64,000 bases of DNA from Lama glama. Its lineage: Eukaryota. The stretch spans positions 102,612,001 through 102,676,000 of the forward strand of contig CM052817.1 in the NCBI GenBank assembly GCA_028534125.1. Reading direction: 5' to 3'. The notes below the pieces were generated by a model, which did not search any database, was not told the origin of the DNA, and saw nothing but the letters and a program-made list of their open reading frames with translations. Made by a program: the position numbers and the translations under genes. This document shows, one piece after another, positions 51,417 through 62,411 of the stretch; within the stretch, counting starts at the first letter, position 1; the number at the start of each line of letters is the position of its first letter.

Positions 51417-52225
51417 GAGCTGAGAAAACACTAGGGATGAATCAACCACTTTCCTTAGGAGATAGTAGATGATGTTTGACTTGGTCTTATATGACAAATT
51501 GAAGTTTTCTAGGCAGATTTTTTCAAATTCTAATCATGTGTTTGTATTTTTTTCTGTTTAGCACCTTGGCAGGTTTAAAAAAACAAAATGAAATAATCAT
51601 AGAAAGTGGTCCTTAAAGAGAATTTGGTCTAATATCTTTGAGATGCTTATTGACACACAGAGTTAGTAATTATAGATTTTTGAGCCCGACTGTATTTGTG
51701 AGCAGGTACAGAACCGGTACGTAAGGCATTCCAGTGTCCCTTTTACAGCAAAGACTGCATAGTGTTCCGCTAACACCCAAAGCTTCCAGGAAGGAGCGTA
51801 TACCATGAGTGGCTTTGAAGTTCATGAATGTCTAATAGATTTTGGACTTTGGTAGAGACCTTTCTTAAACAACAACAAATTCTTTGAGTATATATAGTAT
51901 TGCTGCATATTAGTGTAATGTAAAACTAAGCTCAGTCAGAGCAATTTTTTTAAAATTATGAAGTGTTCCTTAAATGTACCATTAATGCATTGCATGACTT
52001 TTTGAGGCAAAGATGCATAATGTTACTCTTGAAATAACATAAAGGTGGGTATACCCGGCTCAGCAAAATATATAAATCACTGAAGGACCTTTTTTCCTAC
52101 TCTGAATAGGCGTAATAGAAAAGAAGAACCTTTGGCTTTAACCCTGCGCCCTGTTTTCTAGGCTTCGTCTTGCTAGCTCTGCACTCACATGAAGATAACA
52201 AGTGGCAGAACAGAGAATAACATTT

Positions 52226-52725
52226 NNNNNNNNNNNNNNNNNNNNNNNNNNNNNNNNNNNNNNNNNNNNNNNNNNNNNNNNNNNNNNNNNNNNNNNNNNN
52301 NNNNNNNNNNNNNNNNNNNNNNNNNNNNNNNNNNNNNNNNNNNNNNNNNNNNNNNNNNNNNNNNNNNNNNNNNNNNNNNNNNNNNNNNNNNNNNNNNNNN
52401 NNNNNNNNNNNNNNNNNNNNNNNNNNNNNNNNNNNNNNNNNNNNNNNNNNNNNNNNNNNNNNNNNNNNNNNNNNNNNNNNNNNNNNNNNNNNNNNNNNNN
52501 NNNNNNNNNNNNNNNNNNNNNNNNNNNNNNNNNNNNNNNNNNNNNNNNNNNNNNNNNNNNNNNNNNNNNNNNNNNNNNNNNNNNNNNNNNNNNNNNNNNN
52601 NNNNNNNNNNNNNNNNNNNNNNNNNNNNNNNNNNNNNNNNNNNNNNNNNNNNNNNNNNNNNNNNNNNNNNNNNNNNNNNNNNNNNNNNNNNNNNNNNNNN
52701 NNNNNNNNNNNNNNNNNNNNNNNNN
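52226..52725. other. Assembly gap (500 N)
   Basis: Directly visible. Confidence 1.
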
Positions 52726-53111
52726 CTTTCTGGCTTACTTCACTTAGAATGACATTCTCTAGGAGCATCCATGTTGCTGCAAATGGCATTATGTTGTCGG
52801 TTTTTATGGCTGAGTAGTATTCCATTGTATAAATATACCACCTCTTCTTTATCCAGTCACCTGTTGATGGACATTTAGGCTGTTTCCATGTCTTGGCTAT
52901 TGTAAATAGTGCTGCTATGAACATCGGGGTGCCAGTGTCTTTCTGAAGTATGGTTCCTTTTGGATATATGCCCAGGAGCGGGATTCCTGGGTCATATGGT
53001 AAGTCTATTCCTAGTCTTTTGAGGAATCTCCATACTGTTTTCCACAGTGGCTGCACCAAACTGCATTCCCACCAGCAGTGTAGGAAGGTTCCCTTTTCTC
53101 CATAGCCTCTC
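52726..53111 (-). mobile_element. Relatively young 5'-truncated L1, ORF2 C-terminus, running into the gap
   Basis: Uninterrupted frame [28 protein letters not shown]...PMFIAALFTIAKTWKQPKCP...ILSEVSQK. Confidence 0.95.
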
Positions 53112-53439
53112 ATGCAGTTCTCTGAAATTCCTCATTCTCACTATCTAAAATACTAAATTGTTCAGTTATTCACCATGTCTGCTTCAGAGACTCATTGAAA
53201 ACATCGATTCAACCAGGAAAAGAAAATTACTTATTTAGCAATTAAGCATTGGCTGTATTCCTTTTATATTTATGTGCACTGAGGAATGGCCTCTAGGGTA
53301 GGGAAAATGGTAGTAGAGTCACGTTTTGGATATTTGAGAAAGTCTGTCAAACATCACATACTAATATCAGAAGCTACAATATTGGAAGCCCATGGGCCAG
53401 GCTTCAGATATCTATCTATCTGTCTATCTTGTATCTATA

Positions 53440-53770
53440 TCTCCTTATCAATTTTGGTCTGCATAGATCTGGGCGTCCTGTAGGTTTGACTTTTTAAAGA
53501 TTAATTTCTTTCATTTAAAATTTGGAAGATTTCTAAGAATACAAATTTTGCTTCTTTTAAAATATCTGGTCTGACAATACTGGATCTAGATTTTTGCAAG
53601 GCAACTCAGTGGAATCCGGGAAGCAGTCTCCTTCTTCCAAAGAAGCATGTGTTTTTGTGTCTTTTGAGCTGTCATAGCCCCTACCACTGTCTCCTGCTCC
53701 TACACCCTAGCCTGCTGGCATATTTATGCCATTGGCCCCAGCCATGGAGGCAACTGAGTTTGAGTCTGCT
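53440..53770 (-). mobile_element. MER102-like hAT-Charlie element
   Basis: CATTTAAAATTTGGAAGATTTC, GACAATACTGGATC, CCCCTACCACT and GAGGCAACTGAGTTTGAG. Confidence 0.6.
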
Positions 53771-54269
53771 CCCTATTTGAAGGGCAATCAGCACATTTCC
53801 TGGTTAGATGAGAAATTGCCTGAGGAACTAAGAGATTTGATGCAAGAGAAACCAGGCAGTTAATCCCACTCTGTCTCAATTTGTATTAATGAATATCTCA
53901 CCAACACTTTTGCAACATTCTATCAGTGTCTTGACAGGGTTATTGGCATTTATCAGAATGGTTCACTGTTGCTATACTATGCAGGATATACACATTAAAA
54001 GATATCAGGTAGACTTTAATGCACAAAAAAGGCATGAGTTAATTGTCAAAACTATCCTTGATAATATGGCACACAATAAAGCAACTTTAAGTTCTTTGAT
54101 CAGTTTCTCATGCAATTCCATCCTTTATTGAAGACATTAATCAAAGACGTCATGTAATCTTATCAGGATTGCTGACTAGATGTCTGTGGATCTATGTATA
54201 CATGTATATAAGGGAGTGAGACAAATATTTGTATATGCCTGTTAAGATGCTTTTGAAAGACCGTTCTGA

Positions 54270-54396
54270 GGGTGGGGGGTCATAGCTCGGTGGTAGAGCG
54301 TGTGCACGAGGTCTTGGGTTCAATCCTCAGTGCCTCCCTTAAGGGGGGGGTTAATGGAAAAATATTAAAAATAAAAATCAAAACATAAATTAAAAA
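54270..54396 (+). mobile_element. tRNA-derived SINE (Vic-1-like, short internal deletion) with TSD
   Basis: GGGGTCATAGCTCGGTGGTAGAGCG..GGGTTCAATCC plus A-rich tail; TSD aaagaccgttct (54256-54267) / aaagacagttct (54397-54408). Confidence 0.85.
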
Positions 54397-55299
54397 AAAG
54401 ACAGTTCTAACAAGAGGCAAATTTGTTCTATGCAGTCTATATCAGTGAAATCAGTTGAATCCTCCAAAGCAATTACTCTAAAGGACAACACTCATTTGTT
54501 TTCCTGTGTATTTGTTTTTGTGATTGTTTTAAACCACTCCTACTCTCCTAAAGTTACAACTCTTTGGCACATAATTCATTCTTCGCTGGGGGAAATATAT
54601 TAAGAATCATGGAACCTGCTGCAGAAAATACATGTGCAAACAATGAATATTTCTCCAAGGTAAAAAATGTACAGAGATATTTTAAGTGAAACTGTGAAGA
54701 ACATCTTGAATATTTCCAGTTCTGTGCACTTTTTATTTCTTGGCAGTTGAAGAACCCAAGCTGCTTTGTTTATCAGTGATGTCTATGTGTTCTTGTGGGT
54801 TTAATTCTACATTAACCAGAAGATCAACTTCAAATTAGACCAACTTAAGTTGCCTTACATATGCAATACTGTTAGGTGTGGACAAGTCCCCATTGGTTGA
54901 AAACTCAGTGCTTTTGAGAAGACGACTTAATGTTTTGGAGAGTATTTTTTGAGTAGCTTAGTCTTTTTTTGTGTTTCAGAGAAATTTCAAGTGAAGCAGC
55001 GTGAACATCCTCATTTCAGAAATGAAGAGACTGATGCATAGAAGAAGTAATGTGTGCTAAGCTCTAGCACATGACATTTGAGGATAAGCTTTGGTTTCCA
55101 GTTTCAGGCTTTTGTTTTCCCAGCTTGGTAGGCTCTGCTGCCCCCTCTGAAAATGAAGAAGGGAAAGAGAGACTGAATGGCTCTGAAATAAGAGTTTCTG
55201 GGAGGAATACCGAGGAAACAGACCTCGCAGCTTTTTTGACTGACTCCACAGTCCTGTTTTCCTCTGATGCACTAACTCAGCCTGGCGGGCTCCAGGCTT

Positions 55300-56760
55300 T
55301 AGGAGAGGGCATCGCTAGGAGGAGACAGGCGAAAGGATTCCGGAGGCACGCGCGCATCGTGGCACGAGTGGTTTGGGTCAGGACCAAAGAGCGAAGGACT
55401 GGGAAGTCAGCTAACCGGAGAAAAAGATAATTTGTTTTGGTTTTTGTTTTGTGAGTGTGTGTTTTGTTTTCTTTTGGTGACCCGTTGTTTTCCTTTTCCT
55501 ATTCTAGCTTTTGCCCCAGTGGGAGCGCACACCACATGGGGCTGCTGGCTTTTGAACCTGCGCACTGCGTAACTTGTAAACTGTCAACAGACACCTGTTC
55601 AGGAAATTGCTGATGGTGGGCAACAAGGATCCGAAGTCGCTTTACCTTCTCATTGGAGCGCGACAACCGCCTAGTTAGAGTTTCACCAGCGCCCCGCACT
55701 CCCTGGCCGAGGGTTGGTCCTCCGCGGGCAATCGTGTGGGGCGCTTCTCCGTGGTTGTGCGCGGGTCCAGCTCCCCATCTTCGCTTCTGCAAACAAAAAA
55801 GCAGCAGCTCCTGGCTGGAGTTGTGGGGTTTCCCAGCCCCGCCAAATCGCGGGGCTTCTGCTTCCCAGGCCCGCCTCGTGCCAGCTCAAGGTGTCCTCTG
55901 GTCCGCAGCACTCGCACCGGGGACCGCAGCCCCGTCGCTCGCAGCTGGGACTGTCTGCCTGGCGGCCTTCGCCCTCGCCCTGGCCTCTCCTGGGCTGATG
56001 TGCTAGCTCGGCCCGAGCCTGGGGTAGGGGTGGCGGGGCAGGCTGTCCTCGCAGGCCCGTTGGACCATCTCTCGCGGAACTGAGGAGCCGAGAGCAAAGG
56101 GAGGGGTTGGTGGAGGGGAGAGGAGGTAAGAGTGCTGGGAACGCCCAGAGTATCAAACTTGGGGGTGGCCAGTGGACATCAGGGGGAGAAGCAATTGCAG
56201 GTGACCGTGCGGCCCCGCGAGGCGGCGCTGGGCGGGGTCCCGCTGCCCGCGTTCCAGGCTCTCCGGGCGGAGACCTGGACGCTGTCCCCACCCCCGCGCC
56301 CTCGCACGGAAACTTCCCCGCCCGCTCTCTGCTGCGGGGCCCTTGCCCCCAACTCCCCGCACCTGTTCCTTGTTTATTTGTTTTCCTTTTCGAGGGAGGT
56401 TCGCCTCCCCTCCTCCGGAGCCTCCCATCGCTCCCCGCTCCCACCCCCGGGCGCGCCGCGCGGGGCGGCGCGGTGGCCGCGCGCTTGGCGGCGGAGGTGG
56501 GCGGCGGATCCCAGCGGCACCAGCCTCCCCGCCGTTCCGACCGCCGCGAGGACGCCGCGCTCTCCTGCTCTCCCGCGCGCGCTGGCTGCCCTGCGCCCGC
56601 TGCCGAGCCGAAGGCACGAGGTCGGCCTGTGGGGACCTTCCAGTGTCCTCTCCGAGCCGGCGGCTAGGTAATCATCAGAGTGACCCGCGGCACACGTCTG
56701 GCGTCCACGTCTCAGCAGAAACGCGAGGGCCGGGTCAGTAAGTGTAATTCACCTTCTGGG
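55300..56760 (+). promoter_or_regulatory. NPY2R: CpG island containing the NPY2R promoter and first exon
   Basis: Abrupt GC- and CpG-rich block in an AT-rich, CpG-depleted background, 4.5 kb upstream of the CDS. It resembles the human NPY2R 5'UTR as recalled (e.g. GAGTATCAAACTTGGGGGTGGC). Confidence 0.92.
56150..56737 (+). other. NPY2R: NPY2R non-coding exon 1 (start uncertain, possibly as far up as ~55500; 3' end at splice donor)
   Basis: Ends CGCGAGGGCCGGGTCA|GTAAGT, a consensus donor at 56738-56743. No ATG seen between 56001 and 56737. Confidence 0.8.
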
Positions 56761-57138
56761 GACCAGGCAAAGCCCCAGAGAAGCTTTCGGGTCCCTTGAA
56801 GAGGGGATGGGGGAGGTCCTCGTGAGGGATTTTTTTTTTTCTCATTTATGTCGAAGATGGGCACTGGGGGGTGATACCATACTTACTTTATACTTTCGCT
56901 AGAATTTTCCTTACCGACTGAAGATTCTTGATATTTCCTTGAAACTTCTTAGAGAGAGGTTAGTATCTTAACAGAACAACAGGTTTTTACTGTTGCTGAC
57001 TCTTCCTTACAAGTCAAACACCTGTTCAGGCAATAGGTCATACTGGATTCTCCAGAGCTGTTCAACAGCGGACCCATTTGTTTAAGCGTTCTCTGGTTCA
57101 CCAGAAGGGCTCACCCTCTGGTAGGAGCATGTGGTGGA

Positions 57139-57139
<1 letters not shown>

Positions 57140-57172
<33 letters not shown>
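57140..57172 (+). repeat. Poly(A)33 tract in intron 1
   Basis: Directly visible. Confidence 0.95.
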
Positions 57173-57176
<4 letters not shown>

Positions 57177-59134
57177 CGAAAGGAAAAGCTGTAAGGCTTT
57201 TGATAATAGGGATACATCATGTAAACTGAATGATGTGAAATGCGCAGTACTGTTTTCAAAGGGCAGAGGCTCAAATATCCAGAAGAGACGTTCTCAGTCC
57301 CCTTGGTGAATATTTTCAACTTTCTGCTTGTCAGGCAGTCATGTCTTGCATGGAGCATTCTTGGATGGCCACACCCCCTTTCTTGAGGATTAACACGTTT
57401 AGGGCATATGGCATACTTTCTGGGATTTTTTTTCCCCTGAGAAAAATTCCTGGAAGGTTCTGTGATTGATAAGATGTTCAATTTTACTAAGGCCAACCTG
57501 TGACAATAAGAATACTGTTGCAAAAAGCCCCACAAATTTAAATATGGAGTCAAAGCATAAACTGGTTTCCCACTCAATCTGAAGTTCTTTGAATCTCTGG
57601 GAAAACAAAACAAAACAAAACAAAAGCAAAACCCTGAAGCCATTTTCATACTCTACAAAGAAATAGTTCTATAGCAGAATCTCTAAAGATTTACTTGTTC
57701 AGGAAAACTGTACCATTTACAGTTCTCCTTAAATGTCTTGAACAATGTGAATGCCTCATTTTCACCACATTTCAAAGAAAGGAGTTTTCCCCCTTTCTAC
57801 TTCTGTTTTAATTTTTGTGCTTTTGAGTTCCTAATCTGGGGACTCCCTCTATATACTCTCTTTTCTTCTTCCTTTTTTCCTGAAGTGCAGTCATAAAATG
57901 ATACATTCTCTGGGCAATGCTCTGAAACTGGCTGAAAGCCAGTCCTTGCTTGAGAGTAGCTATTAGAACTCACATGCTAATAGCCTGTAGATCCATAATC
58001 GTTCCTGTAGAGAAGTTTCAAAGAAAGGAATAAAGAAAATAGAATTGAAAAGAAAAAGTAAAATAAGTTACTAAGTCAAATACACTCCTCATAACCTTCT
58101 ACTTCAGGCTTACTCTCAATTTTGTTTGGTGCAAACCTCAAACTCAGACCTCCTGGAGTCTTGTTGGTTCTGTTAATGACTTGTTGGATTGACTAACGGT
58201 GCTCTGTAAAGTCTCTTTCTCAGTCTAAGGAAAATGGAAGGGTCCTCCAAGATTTGAATGATTAGTTTTCATTTTCTCTAATCAGTAAAGAATGGAGGCA
58301 AAGGCAAAAGAGGGCCTGGACTCCTTGGAACATTCTGTTTGAAATTTACGCAGAAAGAACTAGAATTGATTAGTAAGGCAAATGCATGAGGTCACGGAGT
58401 ACATGGGAATCTCCGTCTCTGTAAGAAGCAACTATTAGGGTGTGTGTGTGCGTGTGATAAGCCTTTGAGATAGAAAGTTTCCTTATGGTGTATACTGACC
58501 AATAATTTTTAGTGTTCTAATCAGGGACTGACTTGAGAGGGATCTTGAAACAACTCTTCTTGCAGAGGTGGTTACCTGATTAAGAACAAGAAATCAAGCT
58601 CAGGGATGTTATATCAGAGCAAGGATCCTATATAGGCAATTATCTTCAGGGAAGGAAAGGATCAAAATTGTCACTTTGTACTTTGCTGAGCTCGATTATT
58701 TAGAAAAATTATGCTTTCCTTTAGCTTCGTATTTGCTTAGATTTAAACAATGGATGGAAACGATCCAGTCTCTGTCCTGAAAGAGATTGCTGTGGGGAGG
58801 GGGTTGAAGGAAAACAGTCGTGACGTGGCAGGTGCTACTTGCTGCATTAGAAGTGAGCACAGGTTGTTGGGATAACCGACAGGCTTCTCAGTTCAGAACA
58901 GGGAAGGCAGAGAAGCGTGAGAAAGGCCAACGTGTTGCTGGAATCGGGAGTAGTTCCATATGACAGAATCACAGGATATCTGCTGAGATGTCAGGAGAGA
59001 TGAAGCCAGAGGGGATAAGCTCAGCAAAGGCTTTGAATATCATACAGTGGAGGTGGGCTTTTCTTCTTAACGTCAGTGTTACCAGCTTGTGGGTGTAGTA
59101 CCTTCAGTGGGAGAGCAAATTAATGAAAGCATAT

Positions 59135-59600
59135 ATGCATGGGATCAGCATATCATGCAAAACAGAAACCATTCAAGAAGGGAAAAGAGGAGGAATTGAA
59201 TGCAGAAACCTGGTTATTCAAGTGATGGAAACCAAGCAGGGGATGTTGAGGCCACCCGGGGATTAGCAAGAGCAACAAGTCTTTACTACCTCCAGCTACA
59301 GGGACACAGAGAAAGTGATGTGACAGGGACCAGGGACCTCCTCTGGAAACAAAATCATGACAGATCTGTGGGAACCTGCCATAGATGGGCAGCTAAGGCA
59401 TGCCTGGAGAGAGATGGAGGGAGAAGAGTACACTGGCTTCTGGCTTCTCCCTCCCTCCTGCATTCTAATTACCTGCCAATGCCTCCCACTGGCCAAACCC
59501 AGCCAGCATCCCAATGATTTGGGAGCCTAAACATGTGGTCTGTAAGAATCTGCCCACTAAGAGCAGGGGGAGGAATGGAGTTGGGCACACAAGCCCAGCC
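59135..59600 (-). mobile_element. Old ERVL LTR (LTR33/LTR41-like) in intron 1
   Basis: CTGCCAATGCCTCCCACTGGCCAAACCCAGCCAG and GGAATTGAATGCAGAAACCTGGTTA resemble recalled consensus. Confidence 0.5.
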
Positions 59601-60118
59601 AGACGTTGTCTGTGGGCTGAATACAAATAAGTCACCTACCAATGTAGGTAGATGTGATTCTGATTCATGAAAAACCAGTTCATTTGAAAGAGGTTCTGAA
59701 TTAATTATGGAAGCTTCTGTCATTATGAGTATATTCAAAAAGTACTGCTATGATGTTGTTGGGCTCCAGATATTTTTATAGACTTGAAAAGGGAAATTTA
59801 TATCAGAAACTGATATGTTATATTGTTTTAAGCAACTTTCAGACACTGAGGGAAATGATATGATCACATCTGAATTTCAGAAAGACCATTGTAATGTCAG
59901 AGTAGGCGCTGTCTAGTAAACGTAAGAGCCTTGGAGTAAGGGCGCTATCCTGTTGCCTTTTCCCCCAGCATGAGTCCCAGTTGCTGACATAAGTTTCTAA
60001 TACTTGCCAAATGCATGTTTGAGTAAGTATAAGCATCATGAAGGTGAAGCCACCCTGGGCATTTAGTAGATGCTCAATTATATTGAATGAATGAACGTTA
60101 AAGAGAATGAATGAACAA

Positions 60119-60257
60119 ATGAAAGGTGGAAGAAAGAAGGAAGGAAAGAGAGGAAGAAAGAAGGAAAGAAAAGAGAGAAGGAAAGAGAGAAAGAAAGAAG
60201 GAAAGAAAGAAAGAGAGAGAAAGAGAGAGAGAGAGAGAAAGAGAGAAAGAAAGAGCG
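60119..60257. repeat. GA-rich polypurine simple repeat
   Basis: Directly visible (GAAA/GGAA/GA units). Confidence 0.92.
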
Positions 60258-61262
60258 AGCAAGTGGGACAAGAAGGTTAGATGACTGTTAGAGTAATTAT
60301 GGTAAAAAATCAAGGCAGCCAGAATTAATGTGATAGAAATAAAAGGACCATTGGGAGAAATATGCAAGAGATCAGTCTGAGGGTTCTCTTAAATGTGAGA
60401 ACTAAAGGAGATGAAAATGCTTAGCATGGTTACCTGCTTCATGTGGCAGCTTTATGTGGCTTAATCAAGGGGGGATAGTGTTGACTGAATGGGGCACACA
60501 GAAAGGACATTCCGAGGGTGAGGGGAGCGATTGGGGAAGGAATGTGTTAAAACTTTTGTACTTAGGGGCTAGAGAGAGAGACGGAATTCAGGTTGGACAT
60601 ATTTTCCTATGGTTCCTGCGTAGAATTCTGCTGTGTCAGGTAGGAAGTTTATTTCAGATCCTCAAAAAAAGAAACTATTTTTACACAGGCTATCTATTTT
60701 TAACACTAACCCATCCACTAGGAAAAATGGCTACGAAACAGAATCTGCTCAGTTTATCTTAAATTTTTCTACTAAAGTCCAGGCACCAAGCAAAGGGTTT
60801 TAATATGTCTCTTTTTCATACAATTTGTTGCTATATTTATAAATTTAAGACAGTCAAAATAGTGAAGATAATTTTCTTTATCAACCTTAAAATTAATTTG
60901 ATGAATTTATAGCAGTTATAAAATTAATTTAAGTAAGTTTCTAATATCCATCTTGCTTAAAATGCATTGAATCAGTTTGGTAGCACTCACATTGAAATTA
61001 TGTCTATACTATAGGTCTAACATTTTGCCTTCATAATACATATTTCAAAGACCTGATTTAATCCATGCACATTCGTGAATAGACTTACTAAGGTGTCCGC
61101 TTTATTGAAATGTTCCACTATGTGCAGTTGTAAGGATCAGAGGACAGGTACTTTGAGCCCCAACCGAAATGAAACCAACCCATTTGTAATATTCCTTTCA
61201 CTCTTGTGTTTTCCTTGTTCCACATTTGTTCATTTTTTAAATTGTAGATTCTTGTGCTGAAA

Positions 61263-62411
61263 ATGGGCCCATTAGGTGCAGAGGCTGATGAGAACCAGAC
61301 GGTGGAAGAAATGAAGGTGGAGCAGTCTGGTCCAGGGCACACCACTCCTAGAGGTGAGCTGGCCCCCGACTCTGAGCCCGAGCTCATAGACAGCACCAAG
61401 CTGATCGAGGTACAGATCGTTCTTATATTGGCCTATTGCTCCATCATCTTGCTTGGGGTGATTGGCAATTCCTTGGTGATCCACGTGGTGATCAAATTCA
61501 AGAGCATGCGCACAGTAACCAACTTTTTTATCGCCAACCTGGCTGTGGCCGATCTTCTGGTGAATACCCTCTGCCTGCCATTTACGCTTACCTACACCTT
61601 AATGGGGGAGTGGAAAATGGGTCCTGTCCTGTGCCACTTGGTGCCCTATGCCCAGGGCCTGGCGGTACAAGTGTCCACCATCACCTTGACGGTAATTGCC
61701 CTGGACAGGCATCGTTGCATCGTCTACCACCTGGAGAGCAAGATCTCCAAGCGAATCAGCTTCTTGATTATTGGCCTGGCTTGGGGCGTCAGTGCCTTGC
61801 TAGCAAGCCCCCTGGCCATCTTCCGGGAGTACTCACTGATTGAGATCATTCCTGACTTTGAGATTGTGGCCTGCACGGAGAAGTGGCCTGGTGAGGACAA
61901 GAGCGTCTATGGCACTGTCTACAGTCTCTCCTCCTTATTGATTCTGTATGTCCTACCTCTGGGCATCATCTCTTTCTCCTACACTCGTATCTGGAGTAAA
62001 CTTAGGAACCATGTCAGCCCTGGAGCTGCCAATGACCACTATCATCAGCGGAGGCAAAAAACCACCAAAATGCTGGTGTGTGTGGTGGTGGTGTTTGCGG
62101 TCAGCTGGTTGCCTCTCCATGCTTTCCAACTTGCTGTGGACATTGACAACCAAGTCCTGGACCTGAAGGAGTACAAACTTATCTTCACCGTGTTCCACAT
62201 CATCGCCATGTGCTCCACCTTTGCCAACCCTCTTCTCTATGGCTGGATGAACAGCAACTACAGAAAGGCTTTCCTCTCAGCCTTCCGCTGTCAGCAAAGG
62301 ATGGACGCCATTCACTCCGAGGTGTCCGTGACGTTCAAGGCTAAAAAGAATCTGGAAGTCACAAAGAACAATGGCCCCAGTGACTCTTTCACAGAGGCTA
62401 CCAACGTTTAA
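61263..62411 (+). CDS. NPY2R: Neuropeptide Y receptor type 2, class A GPCR, 382 aa, single coding exon
   Basis: ORF from MGPLGAEADENQTVEEMKVEQ to DSFTEATNV with 7 hydrophobic segments, GNSLV (TM1), LAVAD (TM2), DRH (the Y2R variant of DRY), SWLP (TM6), NPLLY (TM7) and an N-glycosylation site NQT. Strong Kozak aaaATGG at 61263; the ORF track starts 3 codons earlier at a GTG. Confidence 0.99.
   Translation: MGPLGAEADENQTVEEMKVEQSGPGHTTPRGELAPDSEPELIDSTKLIEVQIVLILAYCSIILLGVIGNSLVIHVVIKFKSMRTVTNFFIANLAVADLLVNTLCLPFTLTYTLMGEWKMGPVLCHLVPYAQGLAVQVSTITLTVIALDRHRCIVYHLESKISKRISFLIIGLAWGVSALLASPLAIFREYSLIEIIPDFEIVACTEKWPGEDKSVYGTVYSLSSLLILYVLPLGIISFSYTRIWSKLRNHVSPGAANDHYHQRRQKTTKMLVCVVVVFAVSWLPLHAFQLAVDIDNQVLDLKEYKLIFTVFHIIAMCSTFANPLLYGWMNSNYRKAFLSAFRCQQRMDAIHSEVSVTFKAKKNLEVTKNNGPSDSFTEATNV

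Larger units (their letters stand above)
56738..61247 (+). other. NPY2R: NPY2R intron 1 (GT-AG)
   Basis: GTAAGT donor; pyrimidine-rich tract ~61190-61238 followed by ttgtAG at 61246-61247, 15 nt before the ATG. Confidence 0.75.

Noticed and set aside
52097..53113. 338-aa and ~185-aa ORFs
   Set aside because: Length comes from the 500-N gap; the real part is an L1 ORF2 fragment.
55499..56741. Many overlapping 95-253 aa ORFs on both strands
   Set aside because: Expected from stop-codon scarcity in a CpG island; low-complexity Pro/Arg/Gly/Ala translations, mostly non-ATG starts, no recognisable domain.
61254..61262. N-terminal extension of NPY2R (385 aa from GTG, or longer through exon 1)
   Set aside because: The ATG at 61263 has a strong Kozak context and matches the known N-terminus; in-frame stops precede both candidate donors.
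61436..61843. 135-aa alternative-frame ORF within NPY2R
   Set aside because: Shadow ORF of a GC-rich coding sequence with no independent support.
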